DNA of 32,000 bases. It comes from Candidatus Methanoperedens sp. GTDB taxonomy: Archaea > Halobacteriota > Methanosarcinia > Methanosarcinales > Methanoperedenaceae. The notes under the pieces were generated by a model, which ran no database searches, was not told the DNA's origin, and was given only the letters and a program-made list of their open reading frames with translations. Below, piece after piece: positions 18,845 to 27,187 of the stretch. The DNA is taken from contig VEPN01000016.1 of assembly GCA_012026835.1 (NCBI GenBank), forward strand, positions 19,328 through 51,327, written 5' to 3'. Every line of letters starts with the position of its first letter. The stretch's first letter is position 1. The translations under genes and the position numbers were made by a program.

Positions 18845-19911
18845 GAGATAACCTCGGAAAGCATATCCAATTCCTGCGCCACCCTGATCTCCCGTGCTAT
18901 ACGCCGCCCCATTGATAGTTTTTCATCTACCAGGTCAGAATACGGCGAACCTGAAATGAACAGGTTTGTTCCTGCGACGATGCGAGCTGATATCTCGAAA
19001 ACTTTTAACTCAAGTGAATCCGTTACCACGGCTTCAAGACAGAATGGCCCTATCATGCCCCCGAACAGTTCAAGTGATTTTTCGACGACCTGTTCTCCCA
19101 TCTCAAATATTCTGGGAAGAAGTGATTCTCTTACCATTAGCGGTATATTACCTGTTACGACAAAAGTAGGATATATCCCGGCCTCTGCAAGTTCTGTTGG
19201 CGATCCGATCCTGAATATCTCATCGGCGTTCGATTCCACGCGCCTGTCAATCCCCAGAAGTTCAAGAGTTCCTTTACTTAATGCGTACCCGTCTTTCTTT
19301 ATTGGTGAATAAAAATAATGCATGTAATAACGTGTCCCAAGAACGAACTCCTGTATTGTATATTTTTCATTCAGGTTAATCCGCTTCTGGAAATCCGAAT
19401 AATTCTTTACAACAAAGAAGCCCATTCCGCCTTTTGCCCCGTAATATTTTACCATCATCGGTGAATCAATATCCTCGGGATTCTTTATTTGTCGGGGCAT
19501 CTTTATTCCCGCAGATTCAAGCCATTTGCGGCTCATATCCCTGTCCGATTCCCATTCAAGCACGCGGCGGTTGCCATAAGTGGGCAGGCGCAGTTTCTGG
19601 AAATTTTCAGCTCTGAGATATTCCACAAAAGAACCGTGCGGAATTATTATGGCGTTTTTTTCCGCAAGTTCACGGGATTTTGTGAGTATGTCCTTGTAGT
19701 CTTTCACTATGAAATATTCATCAGGCTTCGCTTTTGGAAAGGCATCGTAGAACTTTGGCGGCGCACCCATGCATATCCCGATAGTCCTGAAACCTTCTTT
19801 CCTTGCGCCGTCAAAAATCTGGAGGCTGCTGTGCGAGCAGACCGTGGCAATGGCTATATTGTCCTTATCGTAGCTTTCCAGAATGCCAATTATCTCCTGT
19901 TTTTCGACCAT
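18841..19911 (-). CDS. purP: 5-formaminoimidazole-4-carboxamide ribonucleotide (FAICAR) synthetase PurP
   Basis: This is the archaeal ATP-grasp enzyme. MVEKQEIIGILESYDKDNIAIATVCSHSSLQIFDGARKEGF matches the PurP N-terminus, so I chose the second ATG (19911) over 19935. It has an ATGA overlap with the downstream flavoprotein gene. Confidence 0.88.
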   Translation of the reverse strand: MVEKQEIIGILESYDKDNIAIATVCSHSSLQIFDGARKEGFRTIGICMGAPPKFYDAFPKAKPDEYFIVKDYKDILTKSRELAEKNAIIIPHGSFVEYLRAENFQKLRLPTYGNRRVLEWESDRDMSRKWLESAGIKMPRQIKNPEDIDSPMMVKYYGAKGGMGFFVVKNYSDFQKRINLNEKYTIQEFVLGTRYYMHYFYSPIKKDGYALSKGTLELLGIDRRVESNADEIFRIGSPTELAEAGIYPTFVVTGNIPLMVRESLLPRIFEMGEQVVEKSLELFGGMIGPFCLEAVVTDSLELKVFEISARIVAGTNLFISGSPYSDLVDEKLSMGRRIAREIRVAQELDMLSEVIS

Positions 19912-20030
19912 TACGCACCTGCACAGTGCAACCATTATATATTTTCTGGGTTAATTAATCTTGTGGAGACTGGCTGATAATTACGTTACTATCGTATCAA
20001 TGAGATGTGTTTCTAAAAAAGAAATTAAAC

Positions 20031-20666
20031 TTATTTATCAGTACTGTCATTCTCTTCCTGAAATAAGAATATTACTTCTTCTTTGAGATATAAACTCATA
20101 TAGATCAATAGTGTATATACGAAGAAAGCTGCCCCTATCATTTCAAGCGATTCTTCTACCGTGGAAATCATCGCATAGGCCAGGTTTTCTTTACCGTTTG
20201 AGAATTCGTACCAGCCACCCGCAAGTTCCATAATAAGAGAACCGCTAACAAAAAAAACACCAGCCAGAATAAATAAAAACCGTATATTTTTTGGGAGATT
20301 AATTAAAAATCTCATATAGACGGTTATAAAGATTATAACAAATAATATTCCAATTAAAACCCAGGGAAAATGGAGAATGCGGTAGCTTGAAAATGAATAC
20401 AGGAAGATATTAAATAGCTCATGAATCTGGGCAGCTTCATCAATCGATAAATATAAGAAAAAAATCGAAAGTGCACTCCAATGAAATCGGTATTTATCAT
20501 TATTTCTTTTTTTCGTAAGAGCAATTATAGCGAGAAGGATTGCGCAAATTAGTAATACTATCGATTCATACCATGTAGGCACATTTGCTTCTGCGCCGAG
20601 ATAAAATAATCGTACAAGCCCAAAGACCTTGTTGTGACCGAATAGATAGGTAGATAGCTGCCCCAT
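20031..20666 (-). CDS. Polytopic membrane protein of unknown function
   Basis: The 211-aa protein has about 6 predicted TM helices and lies in a visibly AT-rich stretch. I recognise no family. Confidence 0.6.
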   Translation of the reverse strand: MGQLSTYLFGHNKVFGLVRLFYLGAEANVPTWYESIVLLICAILLAIIALTKKRNNDKYRFHWSALSIFFLYLSIDEAAQIHELFNIFLYSFSSYRILHFPWVLIGILFVIIFITVYMRFLINLPKNIRFLFILAGVFFVSGSLIMELAGGWYEFSNGKENLAYAMISTVEESLEMIGAAFFVYTLLIYMSLYLKEEVIFLFQEENDSTDK

Positions 20667-20885
20667 AGTGCTTGCAAAAATAAGAAATATAATTAATATT
20701 AAAAGTATTTTTAAAACTTGATATGGATGAATTGTAAGTCTTATATACTATTCCTCCTTAAAAAATGATTTTAGATTTTTATTCATATAATATTGTTAAA
20801 TATAGTTATTTAGATTTAAAAGTTTCTTTTGGCAGGTTTGCCTTTAATAGAAGAATATATTTACTTTAATTATAATTTGGTATCT

Positions 20886-21089
20886 ATGAGTATAGAATAT
20901 ACGGGAATCAATAAAGAAACGGTGGCCGGAGAGATAAATAACTTTCTCAAATCCTGTACTGAAGATACAATTTTTAAAATGGTGATTAATTCAAAGCGCG
21001 GCTCGATTAACATTAAAATAAAACACGCCAGGAAAAACAGAATAAAAAAATTATTCGGGAAATTAAGAAGAAAAAAATCAGATACCTAA
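20886..21089 (+). CDS. Small basic hypothetical protein
   Basis: The 67-aa protein starts at the internal ATG (MSIEYTGINKE...) and has a Lys/Arg-rich C-terminus. The ORF track starts it at a TTG (20829). Support is weak. Confidence 0.3.
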   Translation: MSIEYTGINKETVAGEINNFLKSCTEDTIFKMVINSKRGSINIKIKHARKNRIKKLFGKLRRKKSDT

Positions 21090-21278
21090 TATATCAATAG
21101 CAATATCCCCAAGGGCATAGATTATAAGCGCTATAAGAAAGAAAATGATAATTAAATGAATTCTTTTGCTCTGTTTATAAAATGCTGTTTCGATTATAGT
21201 GATCAAGATAAGAAGCAGAACACCTATGATAAGACCAAGACCGAAGCGCAAGGCAACATCTTTCAATACCGCAAGCAT
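21078..21278 (-). CDS. Small two-TM membrane protein
   Basis: The 66-aa protein has two clear hydrophobic helices. It is convergent with the previous ORF and overlaps it slightly. Confidence 0.4.
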   Translation of the reverse strand: MLAVLKDVALRFGLGLIIGVLLLILITIIETAFYKQSKRIHLIIIFFLIALIIYALGDIAIDILGI

Positions 21279-21350
21279 GTCTGATAATTGAAATAGTATT
21301 ATTTAATTCTATTCCATAAACTATTCAAAGAGGTAAACCTACTATAATAT

Positions 21351-21914
21351 ATGACTGATGAAATTATTATAGGTATCAGCGGGGCTTCAGGAGTACAGTA
21401 CGGGATAAGACTTCTTGAAGCATTTAAAGATATGGGGAATTTTGAAACTCATTTAATAATCTCAGGTTCAGCAGAAAAGCTTATCAAGATCGAGACTGGT
21501 TTTTCTGTGCAGGACGTGAAGCAACTGGGAAAACATGTTTATGCGGACAATGACTTCACAGCACCCGTGGCAAGCGGTTCGCACAGGACAAAGGGCATGA
21601 TAATCGCCCCGTGCAGCATGAAAACGCTTGCATCGATAGCGACCGGGATGTCAGATACGTTGATTTCAAGAGCGGCCGATGTATGCCTGAAAGAAAGACG
21701 TCCTCTTGTCCTGATGGTGCGCGAAACGCCCCTGAATTTGATTCATGTCGAGAACATGGAACGCGCAATAAAGGCAGGGGCTTCCATCCTCCCGGCATGT
21801 CCGGCTTTTTATCCAAAACCCAAGACTATTGATGAAATAATCGACTTCATGGCAGGGCGCGCACTTGACCTCCTTGGAATCGAGCATAAGCTGTACAGGA
21901 GGTGGCGTGAATGA
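21351..21914 (+). CDS. ubiX: Flavin prenyltransferase UbiX (prFMN synthase)
   Basis: The 187-aa protein has IIGISGASGVQYGIRLLE and APCSMKTLASIA motifs typical of UbiX/Pad1. Confidence 0.9.
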   Translation: MTDEIIIGISGASGVQYGIRLLEAFKDMGNFETHLIISGSAEKLIKIETGFSVQDVKQLGKHVYADNDFTAPVASGSHRTKGMIIAPCSMKTLASIATGMSDTLISRAADVCLKERRPLVLMVRETPLNLIHVENMERAIKAGASILPACPAFYPKPKTIDEIIDFMAGRALDLLGIEHKLYRRWRE

Positions 21915-23173
21915 GTTTCAGGGGATTCATAGAACAACTAAGGTCTGAAGGGAAACTCAGGGATATTGGAACACCGATCTCGCCTGTATATGAAGTTTCC
22001 GCTATCGCTGGAAGAGAACCCACGCTTTTTAGCAATGTAAATGGTTCAAAAGTTGCAATGAATATCATCGGTTCAAGGCAACTGCTTGCAGAAGCACTGG
22101 GCGTAAAGCCTGAGAGAATCATATCCCATTTATCCTTACACCCGCCTGAAGGAAAAGTTCAACTTGTTGCAGATTCGCCCACAAAAGAGGTGGTTGAAAA
22201 ACCCGACCTCTCAAAACTTCCAATACTTACGCACTTTGAAGGGGACGGTGCCCCGTATATTACATCAGGCGTGGTGGTTTCGGAATACGAAGGTGTCATG
22301 AACGCATCGATACACAGGCTCCGCGTAATCGGAAAAGACAAACTTGCGGCGCGGCTTGTGGAATTCAGGCACACTTACAATCTTCATAAAAAAGCCGCCG
22401 AAAATGGGGAGGCACTGCCCGTTGCTATCATTATTGGCATCGACCCTGTAACGCTTTTTGCGGTCTCGACACGTGTGCCGGAAGGAAAAGAGTTCGAATA
22501 TGCATCGTCGCTCCAGGGCGGGCCGATTGAGGTATTCGAATGTGGGAATGGTATCAAAGTCCCGCATGCTGAGATAGTGCTTGAGGGATACATCCATCCG
22601 ACGGAACTTGTGGATGAAGGGCCGTTCGTGGATATCAGCGGCACCTATGATATTGTGAGGAGACAACCTGTCATATATATAACAAAAATTATGCACAGGA
22701 AAGACCCGATATACCATGCCCTGATGCCTGCAGGAAATGAACATAATATCCTTATGGGAGTGCCTTATGAACCGCTGATCTTCAATGAAGTGAAAAAAGT
22801 GGCGGATGTAAGGAACGTGGTACTTACTCCCGGAGGCTGCTGGTATTTCCATGCGGCTGTCCGGATACATAAAAATAACGATGAAGAGGCAAAGAAAGCT
22901 ATCGAGGCGGCGTTTTTGGCGCACAAGAGCCTGAAACATGTAGTGATAGTGGATGACGATATAAATATTTTCGACCCCAATGATATCGAATTCGCTATTG
23001 CGACCCGCGTTAAAGGCGACGAGGACATATACATTTATCCGAATGTCAGGGGCAGCACTCTTGACCCGCGCTCTGAGAACGGGATAGGGACGAAAGTGGG
23101 CATTGATGCTACGATGGATTTGAGCAAGAGGTGGAAGTTCGAGAGGGCAAGACGGCCGGAGATAAAAGGCTGA
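21911..23173 (+). CDS. UbiD-family prFMN-dependent (de)carboxylase
   Basis: The 420-aa protein shows UbiD-like blocks (NASIHRLRV, GGPIEVFEC, EGPFVDISGTY, HVVIVDDDINIFD). It has an ATGA overlap with ubiX. The substrate is unknown. Confidence 0.85.
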   Translation: MSFRGFIEQLRSEGKLRDIGTPISPVYEVSAIAGREPTLFSNVNGSKVAMNIIGSRQLLAEALGVKPERIISHLSLHPPEGKVQLVADSPTKEVVEKPDLSKLPILTHFEGDGAPYITSGVVVSEYEGVMNASIHRLRVIGKDKLAARLVEFRHTYNLHKKAAENGEALPVAIIIGIDPVTLFAVSTRVPEGKEFEYASSLQGGPIEVFECGNGIKVPHAEIVLEGYIHPTELVDEGPFVDISGTYDIVRRQPVIYITKIMHRKDPIYHALMPAGNEHNILMGVPYEPLIFNEVKKVADVRNVVLTPGGCWYFHAAVRIHKNNDEEAKKAIEAAFLAHKSLKHVVIVDDDINIFDPNDIEFAIATRVKGDEDIYIYPNVRGSTLDPRSENGIGTKVGIDATMDLSKRWKFERARRPEIKG

Positions 23174-23202
23174 AAAAAAATTTTGTTGAAACTTTGATTC
23201 TC

Positions 23203-23216
23203 AAAAGAAAAAAAAA
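23203..23216 (-). terminator. Oligo-T run (minus strand) after the zinc-ribbon gene
   Basis: The minus strand reads TTTTTTTTTCTTTT three nt (TCA) past the stop at 23220-23222. Confidence 0.35.
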
Positions 23217-23219
23217 TGA

Positions 23220-23735
23220 TCAGCTCATGAACTTAGGGGAAAAATACTTCTTGATGACAGTATCGCATTTCCCGCATGTGATCATGAGCCAGTCGCCGAC
23301 ATCCTGTTTATCGTAGTGGTCAAATATGGACGCGCCGCAGCCCGGGCAGACATAGTATTCCTTGAAATAATAGTTGTAGAACTCAGGACACCCCTCAAGC
23401 CAGTTGATCGCCTGGAGCAACCTTTCAAGATATCTCTGTTTCCCGCCTTCTGCGCCTTTTTGCATCTCTTCATGCACATGCTCTTCCATATGCTTGATAT
23501 GCCGCTTGCTATGCTTGCGTATCCGCTGGTAGTCGCTCACGAACTGTTTCCCGTTCTCAAGATATTTGAGGTATCCTGTTTTTGTATCAGAACCCTCATG
23601 CCTCATTGTCCTCAGGAAATACTCGCTCATGAGGTCTTCCATCAAATCGGCGCATTCCGTGCAGATATTGAATCCTTTGTAATGTTTTGAGTCCTGGTCA
23701 CCCTTGCATATCTTGCAGGTTTCCATTCTTCTCAC
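23220..23735 (-). CDS. Double zinc-ribbon protein of unknown function
   Basis: The 171-aa protein has CKICK...CTEC at the N-terminus and CPGCG...CGKC at the C-terminus, flanking a His/Lys-rich helical region. It has a 4-nt overlap with the upstream gene. Confidence 0.65.
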   Translation of the reverse strand: MRRMETCKICKGDQDSKHYKGFNICTECADLMEDLMSEYFLRTMRHEGSDTKTGYLKYLENGKQFVSDYQRIRKHSKRHIKHMEEHVHEEMQKGAEGGKQRYLERLLQAINWLEGCPEFYNYYFKEYYVCPGCGASIFDHYDKQDVGDWLMITCGKCDTVIKKYFSPKFMS

Positions 23736-24148
23736 CCGACTACTACGGGTTTAGTGGCCTCTCGCGTGAACATTATCGGATAAAGGTTCAATACAGAGAG
23801 AAGGTCTCCCTTGTTGATCTCACCAGATTCCTGCCCGAGTACATATGCTGTATTGATAATGCGGTCAGTTTCAACGGGCGCAGGGCCTTTTTTTGCTCCC
23901 ACTTTCACAACTGATACGAGCGGATGGTGGCTGAAAGCGCACGGCATTGCAAGCATATCCTTCTGCACTTTTATCTCTTTTACCTTTATTCGCTCAAGTT
24001 TCCCCGCTCCGATGGTTACATTTTCATCTGCTATTACCATCTCCCATTTTGCTCTTGTGGCTATTGTAAATTCGTATGGCGATGCCTTCACCTTTTTTCT
24101 GTTGACTTTCCCGTTCTCACGGGAAACTACGTTTACTATTTCGCTCAT
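23732..24148 (-). CDS. Hypothetical beta-rich protein
   Basis: The 138-aa ORF is first in a two-gene minus-strand operon. I recognise no motif. Confidence 0.6.
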   Translation of the reverse strand: MSEIVNVVSRENGKVNRKKVKASPYEFTIATRAKWEMVIADENVTIGAGKLERIKVKEIKVQKDMLAMPCAFSHHPLVSVVKVGAKKGPAPVETDRIINTAYVLGQESGEINKGDLLSVLNLYPIMFTREATKPVVVG

Positions 24149-24301
24149 AAAGCCTCACAAGAATCTAATAAACGGCATAGTACTTAAGTTTTATCATATT
24201 TAATCATGATAATAAATTAATATTACCGAAAATACCATCCGGCCAAATTCCCGCTTTCAAACGAAACTTTAATAATCAGGTAGGGACTTTCAGATAACCT
24301 C

Positions 24302-24376
24302 GCTCCGATAGTGTAGCACGGCCAATCATGTCAGACTCTCACTCTGACGACTGGGGTTCAAATCCCCATCGGAGCA
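24302..24376 (+). tRNA. tRNA-Glu (CUC)
   Basis: Manual fold: acceptor GCTCCGA/TCGGAGC, GGCCAATCAT D-region typical of tRNA-Glu, anticodon stem TCAGA/TCTGA with loop CTCTCAC (anticodon CTC), T-arm TGGGG-TTCAAAT-CCCCA. An A/T-rich TATA-like TTTAATAA lies about 30 nt upstream. Confidence 0.9.
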
Positions 24377-24607
24377 TTTGGTGTTTTTCCTTTTCTGGAA
24401 TACCTGGAGCTGGATTTTATCACAATTGGGTCAATTTAACGATGTACAAAAAGGAAGAATGATATCGTTTCTATCCGGGTCCCGGATTAACTCTGAAAAT
24501 GAATTCGCTGTATAACAGTGGTTCCTCATCTCACAGGACAGTTTCAAACATGGTAGATAATCTTTTTTGACGCGCTTTTTTAGCTTGGGACACCAGTATT
24601 TCATTTT

Positions 24608-24811
24608 CTATCCGGGCTTCGGCTGGCCCATCGGAATTATTCCAGGTTTGAGATCTGGCCTTATGCTCTTTGGCGCCATGACAATTTCATGCTCTGTCCC
24701 GCACTTGGGACATTTTGTATTACCGCTTTCATTCCACTTGTATGAATTCCCGCAGTCGCATTCAATAATAAGCACAAGCTTGATTGCTTTAACTTCGTGT
24801 ATCTTAGCCAT
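24608..24811 (-). CDS. Small zinc-ribbon protein (candidate regulator)
   Basis: The 67-aa protein has CDCG...CPKCG. A GAGGA SD lies 5 nt upstream of the ATG. It is divergent from the rightward module. Confidence 0.6.
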   Translation of the reverse strand: MAKIHEVKAIKLVLIIECDCGNSYKWNESGNTKCPKCGTEHEIVMAPKSIRPDLKPGIIPMGQPKPG

Positions 24812-24859
24812 CGTATCCTCATTATAAGCTAAAAGTATAACATATTATATTTGTTTATG

Positions 24860-24896
24860 CTTACTTTAAATATCCTGTCCCTAACTTAAAAGTAAG
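24860..24896. promoter_or_regulatory. Imperfect inverted repeat CTTACTTTAA-N16-TTAAAAGTAAG in the divergent promoter region
   Basis: Read directly. It lies in the 96-bp AT-rich gap between the divergent genes at 24811 and 24908. Confidence 0.3.
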
Positions 24897-24907
24897 GTGA
24901 TGATGCT

Positions 24908-25252
24908 TTGAAAAAGAGCTACATAAAATGCCCTTACTGCCCGGATGAAGTAAGCATAAGCGGTTCAAGCATGCATGTCAGGAACAAGCATCCTGACAAG
25001 TATGAGGAATTCAAAAAGAACTTTGCCGAGATCAAGAAAACTGCTGTTGTAAAAGAAAGTGCAACTAAGATTCAAGTCCCGGGCTCTGAACCTCCAAAGA
25101 TAGAGGACAAGGATAAACAAACACCTCCACCTCCCCAGGAGCCGTCAAAAGAGGTCCCAAAAGAAGCTCCCAGGGCAGGTGATGAAAAGCCCAAACAGGG
25201 CGGATCGTTTCTCGACGAATTCAACAAGTGGCTCGACAGCCCGGACTTCTGA
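24908..25252 (+). CDS. C2H2-type zinc-finger protein with a Pro/Lys/Glu-rich tail
   Basis: The 114-aa protein has CPYCPDEV...HVRNKH. It starts at TTG with a GGTGA SD 8 nt upstream. The low-complexity segment is QTPPPPQEPSKEVPKEAP. Confidence 0.6.
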   Translation: MKKSYIKCPYCPDEVSISGSSMHVRNKHPDKYEEFKKNFAEIKKTAVVKESATKIQVPGSEPPKIEDKDKQTPPPPQEPSKEVPKEAPRAGDEKPKQGGSFLDEFNKWLDSPDF

Positions 25253-25379
25253 GTTCGTTGATGAAAAGTTCGAAGTCATCCCTGTAAAAGCGCAGGTAAA
25301 CCAGACAGAAGAAAAGGCGCCGGAATCCCAGGGATTGAGCAGCACCCCGATACCTGATGATTACACAGAAGAGGACGTG

Positions 25380-25736
25380 ATGTTCATTTCTGAGAGCGTG
25401 GCAAGCCTTCCAAGCATATTTTTCCCGAAGGTCCCTCTGCGAACTAAAGAGCAGGTGATACCCTTTAATCATCAGTTCTACCGGTACTGCAAAAAGAAAG
25501 GCATCAACCCCTTTGAATTCTTCTTTGACGAGTTCGGCCTTTTGATGGCAGGCGCGGGTCTTGCAGGCGGGATATGGCGCGATTACAAGGATAATTACGG
25601 CAGCACCAGGAGGGAAGAAACTAAAGAGGATAAGAAGCTGTCGGCAGACTTTGAACATGAAAAGCAAGTAGCAGAGCAGAAAGAAAAGGATATCCGGGAC
25701 GGCAAAATAACCACGGGAGGGTCCGCAGTCCCATGA
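25380..25736 (+). CDS. Hypothetical protein with one TM segment (start uncertain)
   Basis: The frame is open from 25179, but the first ATG beyond the upstream stop is 25380. The hydrophobic segment is FGLLMAGAGLAGGIW and the C-terminus is charged. Confidence 0.5.
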   Translation: MFISESVASLPSIFFPKVPLRTKEQVIPFNHQFYRYCKKKGINPFEFFFDEFGLLMAGAGLAGGIWRDYKDNYGSTRREETKEDKKLSADFEHEKQVAEQKEKDIRDGKITTGGSAVP

Positions 25737-25933
25737 AGTTTGATGAAGCCAGGCTTGATAGGATGAATCCATACAGCAAGCAATATCAGGACCAGCTTGA
25801 CAGGATACTGTACGGCAACAACAGGGTCGAGGATAAAAGTATCTTCAAGGAAGTGATGGATGCTGATAGCAAGAGGGAACGGGAGGGACGAAGGTTAGTC
25901 AGAGCGATGCATTGGAGAATGCAGCAGGGATGA
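25733..25933 (+). CDS. Small hypothetical protein
   Basis: The 66-aa protein has ATGA overlaps with both neighbours. Confidence 0.5.
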   Translation: MKFDEARLDRMNPYSKQYQDQLDRILYGNNRVEDKSIFKEVMDADSKREREGRRLVRAMHWRMQQG

Positions 25934-26277
25934 ATATGGGAATAAGCGATAAGCTTAAAAACATGGGTAAAAGCACAAAAGATCAGGCTGTTTTATCTGC
26001 GCTATCCCCGGCTATGCAGCTGATAGACAGATGGACCAAGGATATCAAGCCTGAGAACGATATTTCAAGGTTCATAGATGAGAAGTACGGCATCCTGTTT
26101 GAAGCGCAGTCATCCGAGGCAAACGGCATGATGGCCCTGCTTACAAAGCTTGCAATAGCAGAGGCAAATACAAACCCTGAGTGGGTTGAAAATAAGCTGC
26201 TCAGGTTCTACGACGAGTTCAGGGTATGGTATAAGGAATACCTGGCAAGGAAGGATATGCAGAATGGCCCGACCTAA
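25930..26277 (+). CDS. Hypothetical helical protein
   Basis: I chose ATG 25930 because it forms an ATGA overlap with the upstream stop. This gives 115 aa. Confidence 0.55.
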   Translation: MNMGISDKLKNMGKSTKDQAVLSALSPAMQLIDRWTKDIKPENDISRFIDEKYGILFEAQSSEANGMMALLTKLAIAEANTNPEWVENKLLRFYDEFRVWYKEYLARKDMQNGPT

Positions 26278-26470
26278 AACCAGTAAACTATCATCCAGTG
26301 AATCGAAAGAAGCCATCCGGATTTTTGGCACTTTCCAGGAACGCGGATTCAGTATTTCAAAAGATAAAAACGGTTATTTCATCCATACTCACAGATGCAG
26401 ATCCAAGTCATACAAATCCCTATCTCGTATCCCTGCAAAGGTTATCAAATTCATAAAAAGCACTGGATGA
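26264..26470 (+). CDS. Small basic hypothetical protein
   Basis: The 68-aa protein starts at the internal ATG (MARPKTSKL...) and is rich in Lys/Arg/Ser. It is a possible nucleic-acid binder. Confidence 0.45.
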   Translation: MARPKTSKLSSSESKEAIRIFGTFQERGFSISKDKNGYFIHTHRCRSKSYKSLSRIPAKVIKFIKSTG

Positions 26471-26471
26471 T

Positions 26472-27077
26472 ATGCAGATAAAAAGCAGTGATCGCATCTT
26501 TGTAGCCGGCAAGACAGGATCCGGAAAAACTACCCTGGTAAAAAAAATGCTTTTTCCCATGTACACCAGGCGCGTGTTTTGGGATATCAAACTTGAAAAC
26601 AGCGATCTTGCATTCTGCTGCACGATCTGCACGACCCCGGATGAGCTGAGGTCCAGCATCAAAAAAGGAAAAACCAGTATCCTCTATCAACCTAAGAGCC
26701 TGGAGCCTTTTGATTTTAACCGTGTATGCCAGATATTGTATGAAACCGGCAATTTCACTTTGTTCGTGGATGAAGTATCGAGGGTATGTACTCCATCATG
26801 GATAGAACCCTGGCACGATGAGATCATGACGAGAGGCCGGGGACGTGGAGTAGGGATCGTCAATCTCACTCAGAGGCCCAGGCGCTGTCATAACACAGTG
26901 ATATCAGAAGCTGAACATTTCTTCATATTCAGGTTGCAATTAGAAACTGATATCGCGAAGATCAAAGAGATCCTTCCCAGACAGTGGGCCAACCAGGTAT
27001 CATCATTGCCGTACCACCACTGCATTTATTCTGATAGTGTCGGCACGATCAAGCCTCTCGCGCCGATCAGGTTATGA
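26472..27077 (+). CDS. FtsK/HerA-superfamily P-loop ATPase (A32-like packaging or DNA-translocating ATPase candidate)
   Basis: The 201-aa protein has Walker A VAGKTGSGKTTL, Walker B LFVDEV and a downstream NLTQRP motif like the FtsK ATQRP block. Confidence 0.75.
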   Translation: MQIKSSDRIFVAGKTGSGKTTLVKKMLFPMYTRRVFWDIKLENSDLAFCCTICTTPDELRSSIKKGKTSILYQPKSLEPFDFNRVCQILYETGNFTLFVDEVSRVCTPSWIEPWHDEIMTRGRGRGVGIVNLTQRPRRCHNTVISEAEHFFIFRLQLETDIAKIKEILPRQWANQVSSLPYHHCIYSDSVGTIKPLAPIRL

Positions 27078-27187
27078 GCTTCAGACAGAAATATAAAGAA
27101 AATTGCAGCCACTAAAGCCGCGGTTGCATTATCGGGGCTAAAAGGTGCCGCCCCTCGAACTGTATGAAGTACACACCGAAATATTAA

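Noticed and set aside
24567-24827. 86-aa plus-strand ORF overlapping the 67-aa zinc-ribbon gene
   Set aside because: The minus-strand ORF has CxxC zinc-ribbon pairs and a good SD. The plus-strand translation is featureless and hydrophobic.
25179-25252. Programmed -1 ribosomal frameshift joining the zinc-finger ORF to the downstream frame
   Set aside because: No X XXY YYZ slippery heptamer in the correct register and no obvious downstream structure were found. The open-frame anomaly is kept only as a finding.
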